A stretch of 63,059 nt of DNA, filler included, from Reticulomyxa filosa (taxonomy: Eukaryota; Protista; Foraminifera), in NCBI GenBank assembly GCA_000512085.1. It is 22 parts of 22 records of this genome, joined end to end, with 100 filler letters (N's around TTAATTAATTAA, not from the genome) between each part and the next. Parts side by side here need not be neighbours in the genome. Positions count along the whole stretch, not along the records: positions 24,794 to 26,938 come from ASPP01014312.1; positions 27,039 to 28,998 come from ASPP01006835.1; positions 29,099 to 32,797 come from ASPP01034945.1; positions 32,898 to 37,813 come from ASPP01022063.1; positions 37,914 to 41,687 come from ASPP01010142.1; 17 more parts are not named here. One strand, given 5' to 3'. Below, one piece after another: positions 25,676 to 38,977 of the stretch; the first letter of the stretch is position 1; each line of letters begins with the position of its first letter. The translations under genes were made by a program, and so were the position numbers. The notes under the pieces are model-generated. The model was given only the letters and a program-made list of their open reading frames with translations, did not search any database and was not told the origin of the DNA.

Positions 25676-26875
25676 GTATATATATTTTTAAAAAAAATAA
25701 ATAAATAAATAAAGGTACTTGCATATCCGTATTCGAATGACACCAATGCAGTGCTATCGCAGGCAAACGTGGTGGTGAACATGCTGGAGTCGGTGGGCGG
25801 TAAGATGTTGATACGAGACATGTACTCATCATTGCTCGCGGTGTCGTTGTCACTGGCGAATGTCACGCTGACAAACGACGACCAATTGCGCGATGCACGC
25901 AATCTGACGACGAGGATGATTGCCCTCGTGCAAGACTCGGACAAGTACTGGTCGCCACAAATGAAGTCGAAAGACTCGAGTGGACAGCAGACCTTTCTCT
26001 TTTCGCAGTTGCGACTGGCCACGCTGGGCAAACTGTCGGCCATTCCGGCCTTGATCGACTTCTACAACAATGCACTGATCTTTCAGCAATTGATTCGCTC
26101 GTGCATCACGCAGCTGCTGCCTTTCGCAAATGCCTCAGCCTTGGCCTCCACCCCCGTCATCGCACGTAATCTGTTGCTTGTGCAAAATCAATTCTTGTTG
26201 TCGCAGCAATTTTCGATGCGCAATGACAATACTTCGACTTCATCATCATCATCATCATCATCTTCTTCTTCTTCGTCCTATCATGATGTGCAAAACGAGT
26301 ACACGCAATTACTCATTGACAGTGTGTACCAAGTAATGGTCTTTGGCTTGCAAGACCCGATCTTGAATGAGCAGATCCAATTCTTTGGCGATGTCATGCA
26401 CGTGCAGACGCTGACCAAAGCCTTGCATGACCCCGTCTTCAACGATCAAACCTCCATGGTCACCTGCGCGTCCTCGCCCTCCTCTTCCTTCCAAGTCAAC
26501 TCCTTATTTGTCAAATCGTTCGCTGGGGGTTCCAATGACAGTGATTTATTTTTATGTACCGTCTTTGAGTTTATTTATTATACATTATATAATCATATAT
26601 ATATGTACATATACATATATATACATATACATACATATTTTATTACAACTATGACACCAACAGATCGAGTGCCTTGACATTCAAGAGTAACGCGTCGTCG
26701 GCTATTTTGCAAGGCATATCGAAACTGATCACACTGAATGTGACATTGATCAATAGCTCATCTGTCGACTCCAACACTGATTATTCGTGCGACACTTCGA
26801 ACGGCCAGGTCTCCCTTCAAATACAACACAACGACACTGAGCAAAACACCACTTGCCTATTTTGGGACGAAGTTT
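24794..26875 (+). CDS. Polycystin/REJ-like protein with the start of a GPS (GAIN) motif, partial
   Basis: PPFPDKGQCNVSMNTGVAMRDLFRFECFDWK..ITY resembles the REJ C-terminal PP.gG.C.V....G.a....F...C..W pattern. A helical region follows, then ISKLITLNV..VSLQIQH..TTCLFWDE (GPS onset C.FWD). Many NxS/T sites. Confidence 0.55.
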
Positions 26876-27117
26876 TGTCCAATGTTTATATTGTTTTTTT
26901 TTTTTTTTTTTTTTAATTTTATATAATTCTTGTTTATANNNNNNNNNNNNNNNNNNNNNNNNNNNNNNNNNNNNNNNNNNNNTTAATTAATTAANNNNNN
27001 NNNNNNNNNNNNNNNNNNNNNNNNNNNNNNNNNNNNNNAAAAAAAAAAAAAAAAGAACTTTTGACTTCGTGGTCTAACCCTTTTTAAAAAAACAAAACAT
27101 TAATCAAACAATTGCAG

Positions 27118-27629
27118 GTGTTGCTCCGGTGATCCAAGAGAGACTGACAGAAGGTAGTGAGTGGTGCCGATCAAACTATGTAGCGACGTCGCTTGTTTCT
27201 GCAATTTTGGGCGGTATTTTTGCAGTTGAGTGAATTGAGTCATTTTGTTTTTTTCGTTCTGCTTTTGATGTTAGCGATGAATAAAATATCATGGGAAACA
27301 ACCACATTAGTCATTACTTACACATCCCGTGGATACTGCCAAGACATGTGTACAAAGTGATTTGAAGGGTGGCAAATATCCAAATGCCATAAAGACTATT
27401 CAATATTTGTATGGTCAAGGTGGTGTACCTGTGTTGTTTAAGGTAAGTGCTTAAATTAACAGAGATTATGATATCCAAAATTTGGAAATGTTGGTTATAA
27501 ATTTGTTTTTGTTACTTCTTATAGGGTGTGCTTCCTCGAACTTTGCGTTTATGCGGTGCGTGTTTTGTGTTATCACAAGTTAGAGAGGGAATGATTTTAT
27601 ACAAGCAACAGAACTTGGCTAGTCATTAA
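27118..27629 (+). CDS. Mitochondrial carrier (SLC25) family, last repeat, 5'-partial
   Basis: Three in-phase exons: SAILGGIFA/SLLTHPVDTAKTCVQ (PxDxxK signature)..QGGVPVLFK/GVLPRTLR. Stop at 27627-27629. Confidence 0.88.
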
Positions 27630-27898
27630 GACAAAAATTGTTGAGTGATGGTCGAGGAAGTTGTTGACCAAGCGGAAGACAGAATTAATGTAAATCAAAA
27701 TTTACCCTTCTTAGAGGGTTTATAAAGGACCTTTTTTTGGTGGGTGGGATAAGTAAAGACTTTTAAGAAAGGGATTTTTGCTTTGACCATCATAACATAA
27801 CAACTTCAAGTTTAAATTGTTTTCTTTTGTTAATTTTTCATTACAAACAAAATCAATAGCTGTGCACAAAAAAAAAAGAAAAAATTTTTAACGTGCTT

Positions 27899-28930
27899 TT
27901 AATCGTTTTCACTGCTGGGGCCGTGCATTTCCACCTGTTGTTGGCTGCTCTTTTGTCGAACATGTTCTTTCTTGGTTTCTCCCAATTTTTTCAACACTTC
28001 TTTTTGTATTTCAGTTGCTTCCTTGGTTCCCAAAAACGACTCAAAGTGTTGGATTAATAGTCGTTGCTCGTTGTTCAATTGAAACACTGCCTTCAAGGTT
28101 ATCCTCAGCTCACAGACTAATTTGATAAAGTTGTTGTCAGGATGCTCCGCGATTACATACACATAAACGTATCGTACATTGTTCTTTACAAACACTTTGT
28201 CCGACAGTTGGTTGGCAATACGGCAGATTTTGAAGTTCTTTCCAATTTTCACAAATCCGACGATTAGGTCTTTTACATTCTCAAAAGCCACTTCCACACT
28301 CAAATAATCTAATATCCTAGCTGCTTTGGGGGATGCATATTGGGCCAATTCTGATTTGATGCGCTTTGAAAATTTTCTTTTTTTTTTTTTAATCAATCAA
28401 AATTTAATCTTAAGAAAAAAAAAGAAACGAAAAAATCACTAAACTCAAAGTTCTTTGCAGGAACAGCTTGGACTAGTGGTTTGTGTTCATCCAACATTTT
28501 CAACAATTGATTGACCAATGGTTCGCGCAGTTTATCGGCCAATGCTTGACAAAACATTAAATACACCGAGTCAAAATCGTTGGCCAACAACGCGGCTGAT
28601 GCTTCTGTCAACGGCTTGATACTACGATGTTTGCAGACCAAATCAAACGCATTGCGATCAAACGAGTTGTCTTTTCGCGGTCCCCACGTGCATCGGCCTT
28701 GCACAGTATCTGCATCCTGACGTTTAATTGGTTCTTGCACATATTTTTCCTCCGTGATATTCGCAACTTTGTCGTAAAACTTATTTAAAAACAAGCATTT
28801 TTCGTAGATTTCATCAAACGAGAAAAAATGTTTACGTAGTTCCACTTGCAATCCTTTGCGTAAAAAGTTTGTACATGGTTCTCGGGATGAGGTAGGAAGC
28901 TGTTTCAATGCAACAAAAAGCATCCATTAG
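27899..28930 (-). CDS. Protein with a degenerate RelA/SpoT-like nucleotidyltransferase domain, 5'-partial
   Basis: Spliced VPAKNFE/KFSKRIKSELAQYASPKAARILDYLSVEVAF..ICRIANQL..VRYVYVYV..LVCELRITL follows the order PxK..R..K..D.xR..RxKN..YxD..ExQ, with many substitutions. Confidence 0.45.
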
Positions 28931-28956
28931 TATATCAAACGCAAACATATTTCAAT

Positions 28957-28998
<42 letters not shown>

Positions 28999-29224
28999 NN
29001 NNNNNNNNNNNNNNNNNNNNNNNNNNNNNNNNNNNNNNNNNNTTAATTAATTAANNNNNNNNNNNNNNNNNNNNNNNNNNNNNNNNNNNNNNNNNNNNGC
29101 AAAAAAAAACAAAAAACGTATGTATAACTTAAAAAAAAAAGTGATACGTATAACAAAAAAAAAAAAAAAACACAAATACATATAACAAAAATAGATTAAT
29201 AATTAATGCCGTTTGCTCTAGTGA

Positions 29225-30879
29225 TGAAGTTTTTTTGAGAGTGTTAATATTAAATGAGAACAATGCGCTTGACAAAATAAGATACCTGTCGCGTCCGAAC
29301 CCTGAAGTGTTAGAAAAAAAGAAAGAACTTAAAATTGAGAATATACCCAATCCCGATGAAAAACGGTTGATAATAAGAGATACCGGGAGTTGGATGACAA
29401 AAGAAGATCTTGTGAATAACATTGTGATAATTGCCCGAAGTGGCACGAAAAAATGTATTGAAATAGTACAATTTGATGTTGGCTTTTATAGCGCATATTT
29501 AGTGAGTAAGCGCGTGGTGAGAAGTAAACAAAGTAAGATAAGTAAAAGTGAAAGCGAGTATGAACAACATGTGTGGAAAAGTACAGCAAGCGGCACTTTC
29601 AGGGTTCGTGATGACAGCGATAACCCGTACTAGATAAAACGGGGAACTGATATATACTTATACCTAAAAAATGATTGCGCAAACTTTTGTAAGGAAAAAA
29701 CTGTTAAAAAACACTCTCAATTTGTTTTCCCGATCAACTTGTTGACAATCAAAGAAGAAAAGGTTTTGCGTTGGTGTTTAATTTTTTTTGGATATACGTA
29801 CATACGTGGGGGGAAGTGTTGCTACTTTTTTTTAAGAAAAAAAAAAAAGCTTGAATTGTTATTTGTGCCAAAGAAGGCACCATTTCAGCAGACGATGAAA
29901 GAGAAGAACATTAAACTCTTCGTTCCAAGAGTTTTTATTATGGATGATTGCAAAGATCTTTGCATTGAATATCTGCCGTTCATTCGTTGTGTAGCGGACA
30001 GCGAAGATTTGCCATTGAACCTTAGTATATGATCATTGCAGCAAAATAAGTATTTGGTGCTATTCGACGAAATTGCGGAAAATAAGGCCGACAAAGTATT
30101 ATACGAGCAGTTCCACAAGAATCTCAAACTGTGAATTAATGAAGATTCAAAGAATCACAATAAATTAGCCGATTTTCTGATATATCACTCGACCAAATCT
30201 AGTGAAGAACTAAAATCGCTCAAAGAATATGTTAGTGGAACGAAGGAAAATCAAAAGAACATCGACTACATCACAGGAGAATCTCGATCAAATGTGGAAG
30301 AGTCTCAGTTTTTGGAATCGAAGATAGACTTTGATGTCTTATTTTTAGTGAACTATATCGACGGATCCGCTGTCCAACAATTGCGAGAATATGATTTAAA
30401 TAAATTTGTGTGCGTTACCAAAGTATGTTTGGGTTTACCCTTAACCGAAGAAGAAAAAAAAGTTATTTTTAAAAAGTATACTTATTAAAAAAAAAACTAA
30501 AAACATTACGTATAATTGGTTTTTGTGTTTTTATAGCAACAAGACGAAAAAATGGCTTATGAATCGCTGACGAAAAAAATGAAAGAGATCATGTGGGACA
30601 ATGTTGAAAAAGTCATTGCTAGCTTTCGAATGATTGATTCGTCTTGCTATTTGGCTACAGTAGAATATAGATGGCCTGATGATACAAAAAGAATTATGAA
30701 GGCCTTGTCAATCGGTGAACTCAGCTTGGAGGATCGAGTAAAATTTGCTAGTCGTGTCAATAAATTAATCAAATTGTGCATCAGTGCATTTTTGATGTTG
30801 AAAATGATTAATCGAACGAAGAAGCCGCAAAAGAAATTCCAGAAGAACAAGCAACTGACAAACCAGACGTTGCAACATA
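29225..30879 (+). pseudogene. HSP90: HSP90 (cytosolic-type) unprocessed pseudogene
   Basis: [77 protein letters not shown] and VQQLREYD..VCVTK. Multiple stops, frameshifts and internal deletions; introns retained. Confidence 0.93.
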
Positions 30880-32897
30880 AAATAATGAATTGGAAAAGGG
30901 AGACATACAATAAATTGAAAAAATTATTAATCTTTGTTGTTGTAAGTGGAAACAAAGAAATTGTCAATCTTCTTTATTTTTCCACCTCTTGTTTTTTTAT
31001 TTTTATTTTAAATTTGATATTTCTGAAATATAATTTCCAACACATTCAGCAAGTTTCTTCGAAGCATTATCATAAAGTCGCAAATTATGTTCTGAAAATA
31101 CTTTTTTTTTACCAAGAAATATGTACTTTATACTTCGTAAACCACGAAAACGATATCAAATTTCTTTTAAAAAAAGTTCAAAATAAATCAATTTTCATCA
31201 GCCTTTGTGTTCGCAAAAACTGCAACTTTAATAAAAAAATGTGGAGAGCGAAATAATATGTGGATATTATAATCAAAACACAGCTATTGCTTCGCAAAAA
31301 AAAAGATTGTCCAATTTCTAGATGAATTTAATGCGAAATAATAGCAGGAATGTCTTTAAACAAAAATTGTATAACTTCATACAAAATTCGGATTGTGCAC
31401 AGACAATAAGCTCGTGTTCTTTTCTCTGCTTTTAAAAAATCACTATTCGTGCGTTCCTTTAATCAAAAAGATGCTGTTACAAGAGATTTGTTATGAACAA
31501 AAATTACAAGCAAAGGGAAAAAAAGGAATTTTTTTATACAAAAAAAAATCTATTTTTATTTAGATACCGCAAAAAACTAACAATGAGAGAAGCCTCATTT
31601 TCATTGTTATCTTGAGGGATAAAGTAGCTTTTCAATCAATTCAACTATTTCAAACTTGGTCAAAGCGTTTCTATGATCATTTAAAACCAACTTAAAAGCG
31701 TGATACTTTGATATGAATATAGACCAAAAGAGGGCTTCACATTCGTATTTACATTTTGCCAAAACATAAATATCAATTTTGTTAGATCCAAATATCGCGC
31801 TCTGATTCGGCGTCTATCCTATTTTTCAAGATTCAATATCTTTTCATAATTGAAGTTCACTTCAGTATAATTAAAAAGTATTATGCATTACCTACTGTCC
31901 ACATTCATTTTTCAAGCAATCCAATTTGATTTCCGTATTTATTTGTTCATTCAGTCCACTCATATTTTTTGTGGACTTCTTTGTTCACCGTTTGAGCCAC
32001 TTTCAATTCCAGTTCGTCATTGTAACTCTCACTTGTAATATGTTTCTCGTTAATCTTAGCACACAAAATAAAACGAGTTCTCTGCTTAGTTAAACAGATA
32101 GATAAAAGGCTTGCTACCCTTGTGTTGAGTTAATGGAAAGGGGACAACCGAATTGAAATACAACGCATTATTTCTCAACCTAAATTCTCTAAATCTCAAA
32201 CAACACTTTTTCTTCACCTCCTTTTTTTTAGCTGGATCAATAATATTGGCCTTCGTAACTGTAATTTGGCCTAATTAATCCTTTTTGGATCTTGTGAATC
32301 GACCAGTTATCTCGATCATAAATTTGTTTAAAAGTAATCACATTGAATTTTGCGAATCTCATTGCATTTGAAAAGAATGAATGTTCAGAAATATGCTTGA
32401 AGAAAAATACTTAAAAAGAAAAAAAGAATTTTACAAAATTGAAATTTAATTTATGACACATTTTAAATAATCAAAAAATCGCCACTCTAACGTAAGTATA
32501 TCTACACTGTGTAATAGGTGCACGGAAGCTCTTTCAAACAGATTAAAATCCTCAATTTTGATTTGTCAAAAACATTATTTTTGTTTAATTCATACAACAT
32601 CTCGTTTATCGTATTTTTTAATTTTCCGCTTTTTCTGATCTTTGTGAACCTTTGTTTCAAAATAAATTAAAAAGCAAAACATAGCAATAATAACAATTTT
32701 GTTAAACATTTTTTTTGTCTATCTGATTTTAACACATAGCAATAAAAACGTCTTCATTTGCACTCACCAAAAAAAAGAAAAAAACTTGAAAGCAAACNNN
32801 NNNNNNNNNNNNNNNNNNNNNNNNNNNNNNNNNNNNNNNNNTTAATTAATTAANNNNNNNNNNNNNNNNNNNNNNNNNNNNNNNNNNNNNNNNNNNN

Positions 32898-34991
32898 TAA
32901 TACCAATGCTAATACCAATGCTAATACCAATGCTAATACCAACGATAATACCAATGGTAATAGTAATAACAATAACAATAACAATAACAATGTCAATGTC
33001 AATGGCAACGCCAACGAAGAGAGAGAAGAAAACGAAGAGGAAGAAGCGGAGGAAGAACAAGAAGAAGTGGAGGAAGAAGGAGATGATATGGGAAAAGAAG
33101 AAAGCAAATTGAATACACAAGAAGAAGAGTTGGAGGAGGAAGTCGAGAAAGAAGGGGCTGAAAATAACGACGATGACGACGAAGATATGGAAGTAGAAGT
33201 GGAGTTCAAAGAGGAAGGTAGTGGCATTATAATAAATGGTGTTGGTGACGACGAGGATGACAATGACACTGAGATTACTGTATCACGGTCGGGACATAAA
33301 TCTGACAGTCGAAGTCTCACAAAGGGGAAAAGGTATTATCGCATCGTTACACGTCAAGTAAAACGATATGATATCAAATGCGAATTGTTTGTGGAAGTGG
33401 CACAACAAACGGAATTGACCGAGTACCAGATGGATCGTTTAAACACTTATGCTATGTGCTTCGGTAATGAGTTGAATCGTATCATCCATGACAAATGCAA
33501 TCGCACTGCCAAAGTGATCAATATACCGTTGCATTTGATGTGGACAAGAGATCAGGTCAGACTTTTTTTTTTCCCTCCCCCCTCCCTCTCCCCCCTTTTT
33601 CTCCCCTCTTTTCAAACAAACCAAAAAATGACCAAAAATGGCAATCAATTTCGTGTGTATACATGTGAATATAAATTTAGTTTTCATATGCACTGGAAGC
33701 GGTAGTTACCACAATGCATGGCATAGATGGTCGCAAGTTTGAAAGAATTGATTATTACTTACCTCGCTGCGACATGCCCGAAGGGATGAGCCAAAAGAGT
33801 GATCGTGTCGGCGTGAGCTATCCTCCTCAACAGCAGCGTGATGACAATGGCAGTCGACACGAAAAAGCAGGAGGGGGAGAGCAAGATCACGAAACAAACA
33901 AAGATGATTCATTTGTAAAATCACATGATTGTCCGGACGTGATCTATCGCAATGGATATGAGTACCACTACATTGGTTGTACGTGTTATGAGAATTTTTT
34001 CACTGATGAAGAATTGAAAGCAATTGAAAATTGCTGTGATCAATTGAGCTGCAAACAAAACAATTGTCAATCCAATGCTAATTCCAATTCCAATTCCAAT
34101 TCCAATTCCAATGGCAGTCCTACCAAAGAATCGTTCCAATTGCAATGTGAACAAACTGCACAGCATACGTCCAGACATAAAGACAAAACAATCATTGATC
34201 GAACCAAATATTTTTTTAATTCGAGATATCTGTGGACCAAACAAGATCTTCAAGACTTGAATGCCTCTGTTGCCAATGGGATTCGTGTCGATGTCGATAA
34301 GGCTCCGACCTTTTTTTACAATTTAGTTGAAAAGCCTTTGCTTGAGTTAACTGCAAATGATAAATAAGCACAACAACAACAACAACAACAACAATAGTGA
34401 CATTGATATTTGAGACTTGTTTTGTTTTGAATGTATTTAAAACATAGAAACAACATTATTCAGAAAAAAGATGGATGGCTTAACCACATTGCATTGAATA
34501 TGTACCATAATGGTAATTTAGGTATTGGTAGTCACTTCGATGATAAACACCGCTTTGATAGGCCCATCTTTTCTTTGCGATTATTTAGTGACAGTCGTTT
34601 GTCTTTTGGCTGTGTGTGGGACAGCAATGGCGAATTTTCTGTCCCCTTGCCAAGGGGATGCATCTGTATTATTCACAGTTTACTAAACTATTTCTCTTTG
34701 CTTCCAAGCAGATATCACTCTTATTTGCGGCTTTTTTTTGTGTATTTCTAATATAGAAAACACCTATGTTGCGGATCAAGTGAAGCATGCTATTAGAGCT
34801 TGTGATATGAACGGAAAATCTGCTGCAATGTTTGTTTTTTTTTGTTGTCTCTTTCTTTCCTGTCTATTTCTATTTGCTGATTGATCACACACACACACAC
34901 ACAAAATAGAATCATGAGACGTGTATATCCACATTTACTTCAACAAGCAGCCGATCTGAAAGCTCAAACGGACACTCCTAAAAAAAGCTGA
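32898..34991 (+). CDS. ALKBH5-like 2OG-Fe(II) dioxygenase (RNA demethylase family) with an Asn/Glu-rich N-terminus, 5'-partial
   Basis: DRTKYFFNSRYLW; NHIALNMYH..IGSHFDDKHRFDRPIFSLRLFSDSRLSFG; VPLPRGCICIIH/KNTYVADQVKHAIRACDMNGKSAA/IIMRR. HxD..H triad present; introns in phase. Confidence 0.85.
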
Positions 34992-35514
34992 GGTATGTGC
35001 GTCAAAACGTGCTGTGAATAATCGTAAAATTGCCATTGTGCAGAGCACTGTCATTCAATGTTGTGTAAATTCCTTAACCCTCTTTACCCAAAATATTCGA
35101 ATTAAAAACTCGGTTTCCAACTCGTTCGTTAGTCTCCACAACAAAAAATTAAAACAAATGAATATGTGATGTTGTCACATTTGTGCATACATATCTAGCG
35201 TGATGGTTTTCAATTGCATTTGCAAACTAAAAAATATTGCTTTGAGTTAGTATTATTACTTTTTTTTTTGTACACTTCATTTGAAGTTTTCCAACAAAAT
35301 TCAAACTAAGTGTTGTCTCTGGATTTTGAAGTAATTTCAATGCCAAAGGAAAACTAATTCAATATCTATGCTTATGTTGAACTTTTGTGAGAAACAAGTT
35401 TTTGACACTTTAAGTAATCTTACTTTTACTGAAAATAAAGCACGGAGCAAAGTCCATAATTTCCAAAATTACGTCATTTTTTTTTTTAAAGCAAAAGGGC
35501 TTAAAGAGGCGTGC

Positions 35515-36736
35515 ATGATGAATAAAAAAAATGCCTTGAAAGGAAAACTTTGTGAAATTTGTGGAAGTGTTGCAAATCAACAATGTCAGCAATGTGGTGT
35601 ATCATTTTATTGGTTAGTTATACTTCCAAAAAATAATTGTTTTGTGACAAAACACTTAAAAAAAAATAATGATATTTTAAAAAAAGTTGCTCCGAGCACC
35701 AGGAATTAGATTGGATATCAATTCATGAAAAGTGTTGCAATGAAATCAAACAAATTCGAACCAAAAAAATATTTATCAGTGAAAATGACCGCAAAAAACA
35801 TCAAGAAGCCGTTTTAAAAATAAATGCAAAATTATTGGAAGAGAGTATTGTTAAATGCGAAGAGCATTTAGCAAATGGGAAAAACATGAATGCGATTGCA
35901 TGTGGCTTACAAGCATTAAAGTCAACTCGTGAATTATTTGGAATCAAAAGTGAGAAACTGATTCCTATTTTGTTGATGTTGTCAAAAGCCAGTATATGTT
36001 CACGTCTTTTCAAGCAATGTGAAAAGTTTATATCATTGTGCAAATTGATTATTTATTCGAACAAGTGCAATGATTATTTATTGCTATCTCAATTTCACAG
36101 ATTGAAAGGGCGTTTACATTTATTACAAAAACAATATGACAAAGCCGGACAAGAGTTTTCAAAAGACGTTAAAAACTCTTTGTATTTTGTTGGACAAATA
36201 AAAGCGTTATCACAGAGTGGCATCATTTCCAAAATAAATAAACATATGTCATTTTTATTTAGATTTATTTCTGCTCCATACTTTGCGGGCCAGAACATAT
36301 TCGAACAGCAGCTGCATTTTATCAAATGTCACAAGTGTTTGAAGAACAAAACAAAAAAGGTAAAACATCTAATTTTTATAATAAAATTGTAGACATTTGG
36401 TTGGAATATCTTAAGAAGTGTAAGGAAAGAACAAGCAAGATTACCATGAAAGAATCAAAATTATTATTGGAAGATATTGGAGAACATCAATTTTATGAAG
36501 CCTTACAAATGATAGAAAACATAAGAACTTGCTTTCAAAATTCATTGGGAAAGCAAGATCTCAAACTTGGGCAAGTTGACTACGCTTTAGGATTAATGCA
36601 CGATTTAGCGGGTCATGATATCGATCAATTTCACAAATATTATATCAATGCATTAAATATTTTTCGGCTCCACTTAGGAGAAGCTCATTGCCAAACAAAA
36701 CAACTGTATCAACATTTGGACTATGTCAACAAATAA
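35515..36736 (+). CDS. ZMYND12: Zinc finger MYND domain-containing protein 12 (MYND + TPR-like), 3 exons
   Basis: CEICGSVANQQCQQCGVSFY/CCSEHQELDWISIHEKCC; LQALK..LFG..LIP..L; LSQFHRLKGRL..A..EFSKD/IYFCS..GPEHIRTAAAFYQMSQVF..FYNKIVDIW. Confidence 0.85.
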
Positions 36737-37946
36737 TCTGATTTCAAGTAACTTTAATGTTTCATTTGTCTAATATTTCAAAAAAAAATAAATTAATAAT
36801 ATCTACAAAAATTAAACTTTTCGTCATTTAAATTTTTTTAATTGAAAATTTTCCAAGTTTTGTAACAAGCAAATAAATGGTGATTTCATACTTATCTTGC
36901 GCTCAGCTACAGAAAATATAACACGAAAATCTCTGCTCTTCTGAATAAAGCTCAATACCAAACAAAGATAAATTAAATACAAAATCAAAGCAAAGACCTA
37001 AAACACAAATAACAGGCTTTAAGACTTTGGCTTCTTTGTCAACTCTAACTTTATTCAATATGTAACATACAACACGAAATTGCCATTTGTGGAATATACA
37101 ATGCTTATTTCTACTTGAGAATAATCTACAATTAACATAAATACTTAATAAAGCCTTTATGTTGTACGGTAATTACCTTCCAGTAAAATCACATCATTTA
37201 AATAAAGTAAACTTGTACCAAATGAGAAACAGTAATTGCTCGCCATTTGCTTTTGTTTACAAATCCTGTGAACCAAGCAATTGTTCGAAAGTTCTTTCAT
37301 TTGATGCTGCCATATTTTCAAAAACATGATTGCCGATCCACACTATTGCTATGTGATATTCCACTTCTTTCCACTTTATTCTTAATGACGATATTTTGTT
37401 GATCCATTTGAGAATATTTTTATATTATTTTCAATATTTTGTAAATTTGTTATTGAAAATTTATTGTCTGTTATTAAGTTATTTTTATTTAATTCATCGA
37501 TGATAAGCAAACAAGTATGTTTCATCTTTGACTCCTTACAAAAAACAAAAAAGACACAAATCCAATATTGAATTTGATGTCTTTATGTATTATATTTTGT
37601 TTTTTCAAAAAAGTTATACTAAGTTTCTTTTTAAAAAAGTTAAAAACTAGTTTGAAAAATATTGAATATTTTTTTAATTGATACGCATTTTTTGCTTCTC
37701 AAAAGTATAAAATACACAAGTTCAGTTTTAGAGTGTAAAAAAATATTATAAACATTTTTTTTCTTAAATGACAAAAATTCCAAAAATAAAGAAACAACAA
37801 CCCAAAGTATAAANNNNNNNNNNNNNNNNNNNNNNNNNNNNNNNNNNNNNNNNNNNNTTAATTAATTAANNNNNNNNNNNNNNNNNNNNNNNNNNNNNNN
37901 NNNNNNNNNNNNNACATATATACATGTATAGAATTTTTTTAAATAG

Positions 37947-38637
37947 AAAAACTTTGTGTTGTGCACAAATAAAAAATGTGCAAGCAATGAGCAATCGATG
38001 TCTGAAACCAAGCGCATATGTAAAAGAATTTGCAGAATGGTTTCTAGAAGGGTTTGGTTTGAAACAGTCGACTAATCGCGCACAAAAAAAAATTAACATT
38101 GTGTTGATTTGTCGAAAGGATTACTTTGCTCATCCAAGAAAAGCCAGCAAGTTTTCTTTTTTTTTTCCCTTTGTTTAAAAAAAAAAAAAATGTGTAGTGT
38201 TATCAAACTATTAAAAAAAAAAAAAAAAAAACAAATCACAAAATATAAGAAAAGTCGAACGTAAATTCAGAGATGACGTGGAAATTGAAAACGTAATTGC
38301 ACAAATTGCAATTGACGGGGTCGATACTAAAGTGAGAAGAGTGTATTTGGAAGATATCGACATCAAACAGCAAATGCAGATCATGAGCACAGCAGATGTT
38401 TTGATCGGAGTCCACGGAGCTGGTATGACACATGCCCTTTTTTTACCGCAAAACAGTGGAGTCATTGAAATTGTGCCTTCACAATATGGTGGTCGAATTC
38501 ACTTCCAATATTTGAGCACTTGGGCCGGGCATGTTTACACTACTATTGGTGCTTCTGGGCCTGATGATGCAATTACTCCGAATTTTGATCAACTCAAATC
38601 AGCTCTTCCAACAGTCATCGCCAAAATTTTGAATTGA
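37947..38637 (+). CDS. Glycosyltransferase family 61 (DUF563; EOGT/xylosyltransferase-like), C-terminal part
   Basis: ICRKDYFAHPRK, QQMQIMSTADVLIGVHGAGMTHALFLP..GVIEI..HFQYLS.WAG. Confidence 0.9.
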
Positions 38638-38977
38638 AAATTATTTTTTTTGTTAATCAATTGAAACACAACAAAAATGCTTACAAACCACAATGTAACA
38701 ACTGCAGTCTGACACTTTTCGCTCTCTGAAATTTCTTACAAAAAATCATCTTTTTTTGTTTACACATTCAAATACAATCTCCACAATATTATTTCCAAGC
38801 ATCATTTTTCCATTCCAAATATTCAAGCTAGTCCATTTTTTTTGACAGTACTTTGTGCTACTTATTAGGGCAAAATATTCTGTCAAATTGACAAAATTTT
38901 TGTGAAAAAAAATAAACAACTAAATTAAACTAAAAAAAGGGGAGTTGTGTAATCATAACGATTGAAAATTCGCAATT

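Noticed and set aside
37130-37420. Possible SUI1-like remnant on the minus strand (VILLEGNYRTT)
   Set aside because: Similarity too short and interrupted by stops to support a call.
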